The notes under the pieces are model-generated. The model ran no database searches. It was given only the letters and a program-made list of their open reading frames with translations, and had not been told where the DNA came from. Of a DNA stretch of 32,000 nucleotides, positions 16,317-25,095 are shown in pieces (position 1 is the stretch's first letter; each line of letters opens with the position of its first letter). Source of the DNA: Polyangiaceae bacterium (GTDB lineage: Bacteria; Myxococcota_A; Polyangia; Polyangiales; Polyangiaceae). Location: assembly GCA_033763455.1 (NCBI GenBank), contig JANRKO010000033.1, positions 230,002 to 262,001 on the forward strand, read 5' to 3'. Position numbers and translations under genes: made by a program.

Positions 16317-17161
16317 TCACCTAGCCGCGCCCGAACCCTCCTGCGGCAGCAGCTCGATGCTCATGCCAGTCACGAACCCCACGACGCAACGGACCTCGAT
16401 GCGATCGTCGAAGACGGCGACAGCAACGTACGAGCTCGGGTTGCTCATGTCCCGGTGGATGACGGCGTCAATAACAACTTCGCGCAGCGCCTCCGCAGCC
16501 ACCGGCAGCCGGTCTTCGCGGTTAATGGCGCCCGAAGGAAAGCGCGCGGAGATTGGCAAAGTCCGGTCGAGCCAAGCCGTAGAGCATCTGCGCGGCCTGA
16601 GTGATCTGCCCATCGATACGTAGGCCGAGCCGGTCGAGAATATCGCCAACGTCCATGCTCGTGCCGGCCGAGAGCCGCCGCTGCTCAATTGCGGTTTGCC
16701 TTGTGCGGAGGACCTCCTCGCGGTCGAGGTCGTCCAGCCTCACTCCCACGGCGGGCTGATTCTCCCAGCGATGCCGGCTGTGATTGCGATCAAGGAGCGG
16801 GCGCCCGTATTCCTCTTGCGACATCACCGTCGTCGTCGATCCCACGCGCTTGTACGGCTTCGCCTCAAAGACGAACGGTGCGTACTGCAAGGACGGTGCT
16901 GCATCGAGCACGATCACTTGTCGGCCGTTGCCGAGGTCCACACGGCTCATCTCAACGCGCGCTGGTGGCTCAAAAACGGCCGAGCATTGCCGCGACGTCG
17001 CGGAGCGTGATGTCGGCGACCTCTTGACCGACGAGTTTTCCGTCGGGGCCTACGCCAATGAGCACCTTGCCGCCGTCACCGTTCAGAAACGCACAAAGGG
17101 ACTCACCAGCGCGGCGCAACTCGGCGGTTTGATCGAAAGAGTCCCGGGCGGCTAGAGCCAA
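16317..17161 (-). pseudogene. Frameshifted and truncated paralog of the Schlafen/AlbA_2 gene
   Basis: Homologous pieces lie in three different frames. 16970..17161 is the AlbA_2 N-terminus (LCAFLNGDGGKVLIGVGPDGKLVG). 16522..16950 is the middle. 16317..16688 is HATPase_c_4-like (REVVIDAVIHRDMSNPSSYVAVAVFDDRIEV). Weak similarity may continue to about 16200 in yet another frame. Confidence 0.6.
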
Positions 17162-17266
17162 AGCAACGCTCGGTCTTTTGGCCGGTTCGACAATAAGCGG
17201 GGCTTCCCGTACGGTCGCAAGTTATCTTTAGCAAGCGATGCAGCGTGGCTGCGGAAGGGGCCGGCG

Positions 17267-18274
17267 GTGGGTCAACAGAACAGATACAAGAGCGTCACTC
17301 GCGTATTCCAAGCGTTTGCCGAGCAGCGCACTTGGAAGCAGGCGGAATTGGCACGCGATGTAGGAATTAGTGCAGACGCGTTACGCACTCTACTGCAAGA
17401 ATTGCAGGCATCTGGCATGAAGCTGCACCAAGAATCCGAGCCCCCACAGGTTTATTGGAGCGTACCGAAGGGCTGGTTCCCAGGCGGGATTCTACTTTCC
17501 GACTCCGATTTTCCGACGCTTTTGCGCGCCGCCTTCGAATTGCCCGAGAGTACCGCCCGCACCTCACTTTTGAAGAAAATCTTGGGCACTCAAGGCCATC
17601 CTGAAGCCACTGAGCTCGTGTTAACTCGCGAGGGCAACCCGCGGGAAGATTTGGCGTATGAAGTGGTCCAAAAGGCACTCGTAGAGAACAAGGCACTGCA
17701 GCTCCTCTACCTGACGCAAAGCCGAGGCGTTGAGGGGTCCCGCGTGGTTTCGCCGCAAAAGCTCGTAACGCGCCCCCACCCTCGCCTGCTCGCCTGGTGC
17801 CACCAGACCTGCGAACTGCGCTGGTTTCGTCTGGACAACGTGCTCAGCGCCAGCCTCGGCAACGCGGAGGCCTTCGTGACTTGCAGTGCAGAAGCGGTAA
17901 AGCGCGTCCTCAAGGAAAGCGTGGACGGCTTCCACGGCTCCGAGCCCGAAGGTAGCGAGGAACTGGCATTCTTCGTGCGCCATCCGGAGGCCAGCTGGGT
18001 GAAGAAGAACCTTCTTTCGTCCATGCGCGTCGATGCTAGGGGCTCCACATCCGAAGGCATACGGATCGTTTGTGGGCGTCGAGGTGCACCCGTGGTGGCG
18101 CGCTTCGTAGTGGGCCTTGGCGCTGCCGCTCGCGCGGAGGGTCCCTTATTAAAGGCGCAGGTGGTCAACCTCGCCGAAGAATCCTTGCGCGTGCACACGG
18201 GGGGAGTGAAACGTACGGCGGGGCGCACGCCGCGCGTGAGCGCTGTTAAGTTGGCAGCAAAGGGGAAAGGGTAA
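17267..18274 (+). CDS. HTH-WYL-WCX transcriptional regulator (BrxR/CapW/PafBC-like architecture)
   Basis: N-terminal wHTH (WKQAELARDVGISADALRTLLQELQASGMKL). WYL-domain pattern LQLLYLTQSRGVEGSRVVSPQKLV...RLLAWCHQTCELRWFRLDNVLSA (compare R.FRLDRI). C-terminal extension ending VVARFVVGLGAAARAEGPLLKAQV. Same strand as cas1 and 124 nt upstream of the cas3-like relic. Confidence 0.7.
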   Translation: MGQQNRYKSVTRVFQAFAEQRTWKQAELARDVGISADALRTLLQELQASGMKLHQESEPPQVYWSVPKGWFPGGILLSDSDFPTLLRAAFELPESTARTSLLKKILGTQGHPEATELVLTREGNPREDLAYEVVQKALVENKALQLLYLTQSRGVEGSRVVSPQKLVTRPHPRLLAWCHQTCELRWFRLDNVLSASLGNAEAFVTCSAEAVKRVLKESVDGFHGSEPEGSEELAFFVRHPEASWVKKNLLSSMRVDARGSTSEGIRIVCGRRGAPVVARFVVGLGAAARAEGPLLKAQVVNLAEESLRVHTGGVKRTAGRTPRVSAVKLAAKGKG

Positions 18275-18398
18275 TGTTGGGGATCCAGCGTTTGGGAGCG
18301 GCTGCACTGAACAGGTGCGAAGTGCCGGCTAATTATGGCAATGGTTGGCGGGGTGGGGTGTGGGATGAAGGGGTGGTGATGGAAAAGGTGTGTGCAAC

Positions 18399-18536
18399 AT
18401 GAGAGGCGCTCCAACGACCTTCTGGGGAAAGCTTGAGCGTGATGAGACGAACACCGTACGCGCGTGGCACCCGCTGCTTGCGCATTGTGCGGATGTTGCG
18501 GCCCAACGATGCGGGCTGGGCGGGCGCTATGGATGA
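18399..18536 (+). pseudogene. 45-codon ORF resembling the N-terminus of a type I-E-style Cas3 HD domain (probable relic)
   Basis: The translation is MRGAPTTFWGKLERDETNTVRAWHPLLAHCADVAAQRCGLGGRYG*. The spacing of FWGK, about 13 aa, then HPLLxHCxDVAA mirrors the start of E. coli-type Cas3 (YWGKS...HLLIYHCLDVAAV, recalled from memory). The ORF ends inside the cas1f start region, and no further Cas3-like sequence follows. Confidence 0.35.
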
Positions 18537-19500
18537 ACTATCTCCTTCCGATCTAAAATCAATTCTCCACTCTAAGCGCGCGAATCTGTATTACCTTGAG
18601 CATTGCCGCGTGTTGGTGAATGGGGGGCGCGTGGAGTATGTTACCGAGCAGGGGAGCAAATCGCTCTACTGGAACATTCCGATTGCTAACACCACCAGTA
18701 TTCTGCTCGGTACGGGCACTTCAGTCACGCAAGCAGCTATGCGAGAGCTTGCGAAGGCAGGCGTTCTCGTTGGTTTCTGCGGAGGCGGCGGTACGCCCTT
18801 GTTCAGCGCGAACGAGGTAGATGTGGAATTCGCCTGGTTCACGCCGCAGAGCGAATACCGCCCAACCGAGCACTTGCAGCGCTGGGTGCACTTTTGGTTT
18901 GACGCCTCCGCGAGGTTGGAAGCCGCCAAGCTACTGCAGCGTGCCCGCTTGAACTTTGTCGCCAAGCACTGGCTTGCGGACCGTTCGTTTACACAGCGCA
19001 GCGCCGAGGCAACGGAGCGGTCACTGTTGCCTCTCCTTGAAGAAACAAGCCACGCTGTTGACGCCGCTGGGGATGTGACGTCTCTGCTTACGGTCGAGGC
19101 ACGCCTGACTAAGGCTCTTTACAAGTTGGCCGCTACAGCCACTCGATTCGGGGAATTCACCCGAAGCAAGAACGGCGCGGGGGGCGATCCTGCGAACCGT
19201 TTCCTGGATCATGGAAACTACCTGGCTTACGGTTTGGCTGGAACAGCCACCTGGGTGCTGGGGCTTCCGCATGGCTTAGCCGTCATGCATGGTAAGACGC
19301 GGCGGGGAGGCTTGGTGTTCGACGTAGCAGATCTGGTGAAGGACGCGTTGGTGCTGCCCCAAGCCTTCGTTTCTGCAGCACGAGGCGACGAAGATCAAGA
19401 ATTTCGTGTGGCTTGCCTGGACAAACTCACGCGCGCTGAAGCTCTCGATTTCATGATTGATACGCTCAAGGATGTGGCTTTGAGCGTGGGGCAATCCTGA
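18529..19500 (+). CDS. cas1: CRISPR-associated endonuclease Cas1, subtype I-F
   Basis: From the ATG at 18529: MDELSPSDLKSILHSKRANLYYLEHCRVLVNGGRVEYV...NIPIANTTSILLGTGTSVTQAAMRELAKAGVLVGFCGGGGTPLF...GDPANRFLDHGNYLAYGL. This is near-collinear with Pseudomonas-type Cas1f as I recall it. The 32-codon upstream extension of the longest ORF is not family-like. Confidence 0.95.
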   Translation: MDELSPSDLKSILHSKRANLYYLEHCRVLVNGGRVEYVTEQGSKSLYWNIPIANTTSILLGTGTSVTQAAMRELAKAGVLVGFCGGGGTPLFSANEVDVEFAWFTPQSEYRPTEHLQRWVHFWFDASARLEAAKLLQRARLNFVAKHWLADRSFTQRSAEATERSLLPLLEETSHAVDAAGDVTSLLTVEARLTKALYKLAATATRFGEFTRSKNGAGGDPANRFLDHGNYLAYGLAGTATWVLGLPHGLAVMHGKTRRGGLVFDVADLVKDALVLPQAFVSAARGDEDQEFRVACLDKLTRAEALDFMIDTLKDVALSVGQS

Positions 19501-19501
19501 C

Positions 19502-22500
19502 ATGAACGTCCTTATCGTGTCCCAGTGCGACAAGCGAGCCCTCCCCGAAACGCGACGGATTCTGGATCAGTTCGCCGAGCGTCGAGGCAACCGCACCTGG
19601 CAAACACCCATCACCCAGGCTGGCCTGGACACATTGCGCAAGATGTTGCGGCGGAGTGCGCGGAAGAACACAGCTGTAGCGTGCCATTGGATTCGGGGAC
19701 GAGATCACAGCGAGTTGGTGTGGGTTGTCGGAAATGCGGGGCGGTTCAATGAAGTAGGCGCGGTCCCGACCAATACCACTGAGCGTGATGTTCTAAGAGG
19801 CAGGCACGAGAACGACTGGCTAACCGGGGAAGAGATTCGCCTTCTGGCCGTTATGGCCTCCCTGTTCCATGATTTTGGAAAGTCCAGTCAAGCCTTTCAA
19901 ACCAAGCTCACCGCTTCACCAGGGCAAGCGATTGCGGATGCTTATCGGCACGAATGGGTTTCCTTACGCCTGTTCGAGGCATTCGTCGGGACTGATGACG
20001 ATTCTGGGTGGCTCACACGCCTCGTTCAATGCGACGAGAACGCGTCCGCGGATTGCCTGAGTCGCCTGGCCCGTGACGACCAGAAGGGTTGCCGATCTCC
20101 ATTTTCGGAGGGCAGGCTTCCCCCGCTCGCACAAGCGGTGGGTTGGCTCGTGGTCAGCCATCACCGGTTGCTCTTGCCACAGAGCGACGCAAGGGTTGGC
20201 ACACTGCGAGCACTACTCTCCCCTGTCTTGGCGAACTGGAACGGAGCTCGGGAAGGCGCTTCGGATCAGGAAAAACGAGATTGTTGGCACTTTCCACGAG
20301 GTTTGCCTTTCGCAAGTCGTGATTGGCGCGCCCGTGCGAGCAAGTGTGCCCGAGACATGCTTTCTCTCCCCGTGTTCGTGGAGAGAGCCCCCAAGCTGCT
20401 GGATGACCATTACACAATGCATCTCGCACGCGCGTCGTTGATGCTCGCGGATCATCATTACTCCAGCGGCCCATCCGAAACGCGTTATGGAGATGCAGCG
20501 TTTCCGCTCTACGCAAATACAGACCGCAAGACGGGCCAACTCAAGCAGAGATTGGATGAGCACTTAGTTGGCGTATCGCGATTCGCTCGCCGCGTTGTGC
20601 TCGCTCTGCCACGACTGGAGCGCGAATTGCCTAGAATCGCCCGCGCAAAAGCCTTCAAGAGGCGCTCTACTGACGAGAGATTCCGGTGGCAAGACAAGTC
20701 GTATGATCTTGCTTGCGGTGTCCGACAACACTCCTTGGAGCACGGTTTCTTCGGTGTGAATATGGCATCCACGGGTTGTGGCAAGACGCTGGCGAACGGA
20801 AGAATCGTCTACGCGCTCGCTGATCCCGCGATGGGCGCACGCTTCACCGTTGCTCTCGGCCTACGAACGCTGACGCTGCAGACCGGAGAGGCATATCGAA
20901 AGCGCCTTCACTTGGGTGATGACGATCTTGCGGTATTAGTTGGAGGCGGTGGCGTGCGTCAGCTGTTTGAAATGGGAAACGGCGGCGCACGTGGCTCCTG
21001 GGAACGTCATGGGAGCGAGTCGGCAGAGGAGCTCCTCAGTGACGACAGCTATGTTCACTTTGAAGGCAGCCTGACTGACGGCCCATTGAAAGACTATCTC
21101 TCAAAAGATCACGATACGATGAAGCTGCTCCAAGCGCCTGTCTTGTGCTGCACCATCGACCACCTCGTACCAGCTACAGAGAGCCTCCGGGGTGGCCGAC
21201 AGATTGGGCCAATGTTGCGCTTAATGAGCTCTGATCTGGTTTTGGATGAGCCGGATGACTTTGATGTGGCGGATCTTCCGGCGCTCAGCCGCTTGGTGCA
21301 CTGGGCAGGCATGTTGGGGAGTCGGGTGCTGCTTTCTTCGGCAACTCTACCCCCCTCGCTTGTTGAGGGCCTGTTTGAAGCGTACCGCGCAGGGCGCGCG
21401 AGCTTTCAAAGCGTACGCGGCGCGCCGGGGCGTGCCCTAAGCGTTTCCTGCGCTTGGTTCGATGAATATCGGTGCGAGTCTAGCCAATTCGGCAATTCAG
21501 CCGACTTCAGACAAGGGCACAATCAGTTCGTGGATCGCAGGCTGAGCAGCTTGCGTGAAGCGGCGCCTCGCAGGAAGGTTGAGCTAGTTGTGGTGAAGAG
21601 TGCCACGACCGAACGAGACGGGATTTGCACGGAACTAGGCCAACAGCTGGTGCCCTACATCACCGAGCTTCACAGGAGGCACCATACCGTGGACCCGATG
21701 AGCGCTAAACGCGTGAGTTTTGGGCTGATACGTATGGCCAACATCGAGCCATTGATTCGAGTAGCTCAGGCGCTTTGTTCGCAAGAGTTCGACCGCCACC
21801 GGCTCCATCTTTGCGTCTATCATTCGCACCACTTACTTCTGGTGCGCGCGGGGATCGAGCGAACGCTGGACAAAGTATTGCAGCGAAGCCAAGAACTTGC
21901 AGTCTTCGAAGAGCCGGAAATTCGCGCAGCTCTAGACGCGGACGGCCCTTGCGATCAGGCATTTGTGGTAATCGCATCACCTGTTGCGGAGGTAGGACGA
22001 GATCATGATTACGACTGGGCAATCGTAGAACCGTCTTCCATGCGGTCCATTATTCAGCTCGCCGGACGGGTTCGACGTCATCGCCCGGGCGGCTGCACCG
22101 AGCCGAATATGATGGTGTTCCACAAGAACGTGAAGGCGTTAGCCAATAGGCTCCCCGCGTATTGCAGGCCCGGGTTTGAGTTGGAGGGCTTGATGCTCAA
22201 GACGCACGATTTGCGCGAGCTGTTGACGTCTGAGCAGCTTGATCCGCTGGACGCTTCTTCACGCATCCGTGAACGCATCACACTAGACTATGAGAAGAAC
22301 CTGGTTGACCTCGAACAACAGAGGTTACGCATGATGATGCTAGGGTTGGGAGCATCTCCAACTGCCTTCTCGGTGCCCATGTGGTGGCAGACGCGAGCAC
22401 CTCTATCTGGCGTGCTCCAGCATGCGCAGCGCTTTCGTGCTGGGGAGCCAATGAGTGCATTCGCCCTCGTCCCGAACGAGGAAGGCGAGGAGTTTGGGTT

Positions 22501-22741
22501 CCAGAGTTGGGACAGGGAGTGGGCGAACGTTGGAAGTCAGTTCAAGGAAGTTGGTTTTCAGATGGGCCCACACGTCCGGCTGTGGGGTGCCCCTAACTAC
22601 CGCGATGAGCTGCTCCGCCTGGCCGAGGAGCTGGATATGGACCTTGTACGGTGCGCCCGGAGGTTCGGTCTGGTGCAGCTGCCGGAGCGAACGCAAGGGT
22701 GGTGGTACTGCTCAAGCCTGGGTTTTTGGGAACACGGTTAG
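19502..22741 (+). CDS. cas3: Cas2-Cas3 fusion (Cas2/3), subtype I-F nuclease-helicase
   Basis: Cas2-like N-terminus MNVLIVSQCDKRALPETRRILDQFAERRGNRTWQTPITQAGL. HD motif LFHDFGKSSQAFQ. Helicase motif I ASTGCGKTLANG and DExD-like VLDEPDDF. At 1079 aa it matches the I-F Cas2/3 size. It starts 2 nt after the cas1 stop. Confidence 0.95.
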   Translation: MNVLIVSQCDKRALPETRRILDQFAERRGNRTWQTPITQAGLDTLRKMLRRSARKNTAVACHWIRGRDHSELVWVVGNAGRFNEVGAVPTNTTERDVLRGRHENDWLTGEEIRLLAVMASLFHDFGKSSQAFQTKLTASPGQAIADAYRHEWVSLRLFEAFVGTDDDSGWLTRLVQCDENASADCLSRLARDDQKGCRSPFSEGRLPPLAQAVGWLVVSHHRLLLPQSDARVGTLRALLSPVLANWNGAREGASDQEKRDCWHFPRGLPFASRDWRARASKCARDMLSLPVFVERAPKLLDDHYTMHLARASLMLADHHYSSGPSETRYGDAAFPLYANTDRKTGQLKQRLDEHLVGVSRFARRVVLALPRLERELPRIARAKAFKRRSTDERFRWQDKSYDLACGVRQHSLEHGFFGVNMASTGCGKTLANGRIVYALADPAMGARFTVALGLRTLTLQTGEAYRKRLHLGDDDLAVLVGGGGVRQLFEMGNGGARGSWERHGSESAEELLSDDSYVHFEGSLTDGPLKDYLSKDHDTMKLLQAPVLCCTIDHLVPATESLRGGRQIGPMLRLMSSDLVLDEPDDFDVADLPALSRLVHWAGMLGSRVLLSSATLPPSLVEGLFEAYRAGRASFQSVRGAPGRALSVSCAWFDEYRCESSQFGNSADFRQGHNQFVDRRLSSLREAAPRRKVELVVVKSATTERDGICTELGQQLVPYITELHRRHHTVDPMSAKRVSFGLIRMANIEPLIRVAQALCSQEFDRHRLHLCVYHSHHLLLVRAGIERTLDKVLQRSQELAVFEEPEIRAALDADGPCDQAFVVIASPVAEVGRDHDYDWAIVEPSSMRSIIQLAGRVRRHRPGGCTEPNMMVFHKNVKALANRLPAYCRPGFELEGLMLKTHDLRELLTSEQLDPLDASSRIRERITLDYEKNLVDLEQQRLRMMMLGLGASPTAFSVPMWWQTRAPLSGVLQHAQRFRAGEPMSAFALVPNEEGEEFGFQSWDREWANVGSQFKEVGFQMGPHVRLWGAPNYRDELLRLAEELDMDLVRCARRFGLVQLPERTQGWWYCSSLGFWEHG

Positions 22742-22810
22742 GTATATGTCGAAAGAATACGAACGTCATGCATTTTACCAACATGGGCTCCGACTATTAG
22801 TGAGGGCGCG

Positions 22811-24103
22811 ATGAACGACGAGGAACAGGAAATTCGAGAAGCCATGCACGCGTTCGTCGCGGAGAGGCTAGCAACTAAGCTCGAAAAGCTGAAGGAGAGG
22901 GATGGGGCGAAGGCCGAGGAGCTCCAGAAGCAGTATGAGCCGCAAGCTTGGCTCGCTGACGCCGCAAATCGAGTCAAACAGATCCAGCTCGCCTCTCACA
23001 CGCTAAAGTCGATTCATCCGGATGCGCGCGGGACCAATCTACACGTGATCCAAGGAGACCCGGGGTTAGGTCTCGTTGGGACACACGGCGTCCGACACAG
23101 TCGCGTCAATGATGTCGTCGGAAATGCGGCAGCATTGGATGTCTACAAGTTTCTGAATGTGAGCGTCAATGGGAGAACGTTACTTGAACGGGCGTTTGAG
23201 CACGACGAAAGCTTCATTCGTGCCCTGTCCAGCAATCGTAAGGAAGCCCACGAGTGGTGCTCCGCATTTGCGAGTATAAGGGAAATCAAGGGGTCGGTTT
23301 CGTCGCACACGCTCGCCAAGCAACTCTATCTGCCCCTAGATGACGGCAACTACCACCTGTTAGCACCGCTGTTTCCAACATCACTGGTCCATGCAGCGTG
23401 GAGCCAAATGAAGGAAGATCGATTTGGAGACGGAGCCAAAGCCGCAAGGCAAGCCCGCAAGGACGGCAAGCCTCATGATCGGGGATTCCGGGAGTATCCC
23501 AACCTTGCGATTCAGAAGCTCGGCGGCACCAAACCCCAAAATATCAGCCAGCTCAACAGCGAACGCCATGGCGAAAATTGGATACTTCCATGCCTTCCCC
23601 CGGTGTGGAAGTCGCCTGAGGTGCGCGCCCCCTTGGGGATTACCTCCGTATTCGACGGAGCGTTCGGACGCCAGAAGGGCGTGCGGGCGTTGACGCGCTC
23701 CCTGCGCGATTTTCTGGAGGCCACGACGCACAACAATGCTGGGATCAGACGACACCGAGCTTCCTTGGTTCAGCAGATCTGCAAAGAGGCACTCGACTAC
23801 GCTGCGCGCTTGCGGCAGCTGCCTGCTGGCTGGACCAAGCACGAGCGATGTAGGCTCCATCCTGCAGAAAAGCTCTGGCTTGATCCCCTCTTCGTTCATG
23901 AGGATGAGCAGTTTAGAGCGGAGCGACGTGCGGGCGACTGGCTAGACGAAGTTGGCCGGCGCTTTGGCAACTGGCTCAATGCTAGCCTGGCTTCGAAGAA
24001 AGTCGCCCTCGGGGATGAAGAACACGCCCAGTGGACCGCCGATCTAGTGGGAGAGCTCGGTACGTTTCGCGAAATGATGGAGGCCGATGATGATTTACCC
24101 TGA
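22811..24103 (+). CDS. csy1: Csy1 / Cas8f, large subunit of the type I-F Cascade (Csy complex)
   Basis: HTLKSIHPDARGTNL, VVGNAAALDVYKFL, HLLAPLFPTSLVH, EYPNLAIQKLGGTKPQNISQLNSERHGENW and LWLDPL match the Csy1 pattern. Gene order follows cas3. Confidence 0.9.
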   Translation: MNDEEQEIREAMHAFVAERLATKLEKLKERDGAKAEELQKQYEPQAWLADAANRVKQIQLASHTLKSIHPDARGTNLHVIQGDPGLGLVGTHGVRHSRVNDVVGNAAALDVYKFLNVSVNGRTLLERAFEHDESFIRALSSNRKEAHEWCSAFASIREIKGSVSSHTLAKQLYLPLDDGNYHLLAPLFPTSLVHAAWSQMKEDRFGDGAKAARQARKDGKPHDRGFREYPNLAIQKLGGTKPQNISQLNSERHGENWILPCLPPVWKSPEVRAPLGITSVFDGAFGRQKGVRALTRSLRDFLEATTHNNAGIRRHRASLVQQICKEALDYAARLRQLPAGWTKHERCRLHPAEKLWLDPLFVHEDEQFRAERRAGDWLDEVGRRFGNWLNASLASKKVALGDEEHAQWTADLVGELGTFREMMEADDDLP

Positions 24104-25091
24104 AGCACTTCTTTTGCTGCCACACTTGCTCGTGCAAAACGCCAACGCGATTGCCAGCCCGCTCACGTGGGGCTTCCCTTCGCCATCTGCGTTCACCGGG
24201 TTCGTCCACGCGCTCCAACGAAACGTGGCGAGCGACCTCAATGTCAAGTTTGAAGGTGTTGGAATCGTTTGCCACCACTTCGAGGCGCAAGCCTCCCAAC
24301 CGTCTGGGAAGCGGACCCGGGTATTTCACCTTACGCGCAACCCCGTGGGAAAAAGCGGCGAGACCTTGGCGATCGTCGAAGAGGGCCGCGCAAATCTAGA
24401 AATAAGCTTGCTCATAGGTGTTTCTGGGGCGGGCCTCGATGCGGGCATGCCGCGAGAGGAACTGGCCGCGCAAATCTGGGATTGCGCGATGAGCATGCGC
24501 ATTGCGGGAGGAAGTATTTGTCCGCCCACGCAAGTGCTCTCGAAATGGGAAAGGCCGCGAATCGATGATTGGCCTGGCACTCCTGCCGCAGAGCAGAAGC
24601 TGTCGCGCGCGATTGCCAGCCGCTTGCTCCCCGGATTCGCGATCGTGAGCCGCGAAAATCTACTGGCCCAACGCTTCGCTGAACTGCGCGCACTCGATGA
24701 TCGGGCGACGGAATTGGACGCCCTTCTTGACCTCACCAGCCTGTCCTATGATCCACCTCTCCCGTCGGGGGAGAGCGAGACAGCGAACGACCGAACGCCT
24801 CAATCCGGGTGGCACATTCGTTCAAAAGAGGGTTGGCTTGTTCCCATACCTGCTGGATATCAGGGAATTTCCGAGCTGTACCCGCCCGGGGTGGTCGAGA
24901 ACGTCCGCGACAGAAACACCCCGTTTCGCTTCGTCGAAGGGGTCTACTCGATTGGTCAGTGGCTCAGCCCGCATCGAGTCAAGGACGTTAGACAGCTCCT
25001 ATGGGTTCATCAAACTGATCTCGAGAAAGGCATCTATCGCTGGACCACGCCGCACTTTGCAGCTCTCAACGCATCAAAAGAAGGGAATTAA
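24087..25091 (+). CDS. csy2: Csy2 / Cas5f
   Basis: [64 protein letters not shown] and [14 protein letters not shown] match the Csy2 pattern. It overlaps the csy1 end by 17 nt. Confidence 0.9.
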   Translation: MMIYPEALLLLPHLLVQNANAIASPLTWGFPSPSAFTGFVHALQRNVASDLNVKFEGVGIVCHHFEAQASQPSGKRTRVFHLTRNPVGKSGETLAIVEEGRANLEISLLIGVSGAGLDAGMPREELAAQIWDCAMSMRIAGGSICPPTQVLSKWERPRIDDWPGTPAAEQKLSRAIASRLLPGFAIVSRENLLAQRFAELRALDDRATELDALLDLTSLSYDPPLPSGESETANDRTPQSGWHIRSKEGWLVPIPAGYQGISELYPPGVVENVRDRNTPFRFVEGVYSIGQWLSPHRVKDVRQLLWVHQTDLEKGIYRWTTPHFAALNASKEGN

Positions 25092-25095
25092 TCAC

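Noticed and set aside
17707-18414. 235-aa minus-strand ORF antisense to the WYL regulator gene
   Set aside because: Arg/Pro/Ser/Thr-rich composition typical of antisense frames in GC-rich DNA. No recognisable domain, and it fully overlaps a well-supported gene.
18433-18528. N-terminal extension of the cas1 ORF (MSVMRRTPYARGTRCLRIVRMLRPNDAGWAGA)
   Set aside because: It is not Cas1-like. It is the out-of-frame shadow of the cas3-type relic, and Cas1f homology begins at the ATG at 18529.
19502-19800. Possibility that the I-F system lacks Cas2
   Set aside because: The first ~90 aa of the 1079-aa protein (MNVLIVSQCDKRALPETRRILDQFAERRG...) are the Cas2 module of the standard I-F Cas2/3 fusion, so nothing is missing.
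24697-25095. Long N-terminal extension of the csy3 ORF (474 aa version starting at 24697)
   Set aside because: The extension overlaps csy2 in another frame and has no Csy3-like sequence. The ATG at 25096 gives the canonical MANNE... start and size.
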